Source of the DNA: a virus
Lineage: Duplodnaviria; Caudoviricetes
Reading direction: 5' to 3' (one strand)
Virus record (IMG/VR): IMGVR_UViG_3300023174_003901
Span: 96,001 to 160,000 of that record
DNA: 64,000 nt
The notes beneath the pieces are model-generated. The model was not told where the DNA came from. It was given only the letters and a program-made list of their open reading frames with translations, and did no database searches. The translations under genes and the position numbers were made by a program. Positions 63,413-64,000 of this stretch are shown here, piece by piece (positions within the stretch are counted from its first letter, which is position 1; each line of letters opens with the position of its first letter).

Positions 63413-63434
63413 GATTTCTCCGTTGACATTGTAT

Positions 63435-64000
63435 TTAACCACGAGCAGGGAAATAATCTTCTACTGTGCTTTGACGGCGTATGTCCACGGTCAAGCAGTG
63501 CATGGCACCGTCCCAGAAACTTCTGGTGCGAAATGGCACCCAGTGTACTGTTATACCGCGACGGGACAGTTCTTCTGCTAGTTTTTCATTCTCTGCTAAC
63601 ATAATTACATTTGATTCATTTATACTCAGGCAGTTTAATTCAAAATAGGTTTCTGTGTAGTTGCCCACCCAGTCCTGGGCATGCTGAACAATGTGATCGT
63701 TGAACATGCGATTTGTGCCCACGGTGGTGTCATAAAACTTGCCATTGTACACAGGATAAGGTTGCTGGTAGCCTATGCTGGGGTGTGCATGATACGTGGG
63801 GTTGTCTAGATATATGATTTCCCAGCCGGGAAATGTGCGTTCGTATCCGTTGAAATAATGATTGGCCAGGATCAGTCCAGGCTTTAACACAGCAAAACAC
63901 CCGTCCATGTGCCCACCGTTCTGTTCTACCTGCACTCGATATTCAGGCCACCAATTGCGATACTCAATGTCAAATACATCTGTGTCCAACACAATGTCGC
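63435..64000 (-). CDS. pentein-fold amidinotransferase (5' end beyond the window)
   Basis: HMDG, FELNCLSI, FWDGAMHCLT; frame open to position 64000. Confidence 0.8.
   Translation of the reverse strand, partial: DIVLDTDVFDIEYRNWWPEYRVQVEQNGGHMDGCFAVLKPGLILANHYFNGYERTFPGWEIIYLDNPTYHAHPSIGYQQPYPVYNGKFYDTTVGTNRMFNDHIVQHAQDWVGNYTETYFELNCLSINESNVIMLAENEKLAEELSRRGITVHWVPFRTRSFWDGAMHCLTVDIRRQSTVEDYFPARG

Noticed and set aside
63435-64000. Amidinotransferase as an archaeosine (dG+) synthase
   Set aside because: It has pentein-fold motifs, unlike ArcS, Gat-QueC or QueF-like enzymes, and is 28 kb from dpdA.
1-64000. CRISPR array, integrase, transposase or IS element
   Set aside because: I found no regularly spaced repeat-spacer units and no recognisable recombinase or transposase ORFs; the tRNA CCA ends only mimic periodicity.

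Overview
The window is a 64 kb segment of a large dsDNA bacteriophage genome, not a bacterial chromosome. Almost every gene is on the minus strand; the exception is a fatty acid desaturase. There are two promoter classes: sigma70-type TTGACA/C-N16-18-TATAAT and T4-late-like TAAATA/TAAGTA. From left to right: (i) a truncated PP-loop protein, an RNA polymerase omega-like gene, a methyltransferase and an SGNH-like gene; (ii) a circularly permuted two-piece tmRNA (tag ANDEQFALAA) whose intervening segment holds a 25-codon hydrophobic ORF; (iii) an array of 27 tRNA genes, plus one more at 15 kb, covering all 20 amino acids and interspersed with several non-tRNA structured RNA candidates. The array is headed by what looks like a ribosome-dependent attenuator whose 47-codon leader uses 41 different codons and all 20 amino acids; (iv) a metallophosphoesterase, a B12 radical SAM enzyme and ahpC-ahpD with an OxyR-like box; (v) small early genes, a MazG-like gene and a T4 RNase H-like gene; (vi) a 7-deazaguanine cluster (folE, queD, queE, a second QueD-like protein, a DpdA/TGT-like transglycosylase) interleaved with glycosyltransferases, GalE, a DegT-type aminotransferase, a radical SAM enzyme and a methyltransferase; (vii) a probable sliding clamp and family B DNA polymerase; (viii) late modular proteins with repeated (Q/E)(G/D)V(A/E/D)E linkers, including a nucleotidyltransferase-HExxH-amidoligase fusion, plus Dps; (ix) ClpA, a J-domain chaperone, a holin-like gene, three LamG-like proteins, a DUF4337-like protein and a truncated amidinotransferase. 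The tag and host-like genes suggest a proteobacterial, possibly betaproteobacterial, host (inference). All calls come from reading motifs by eye; no database search was run.
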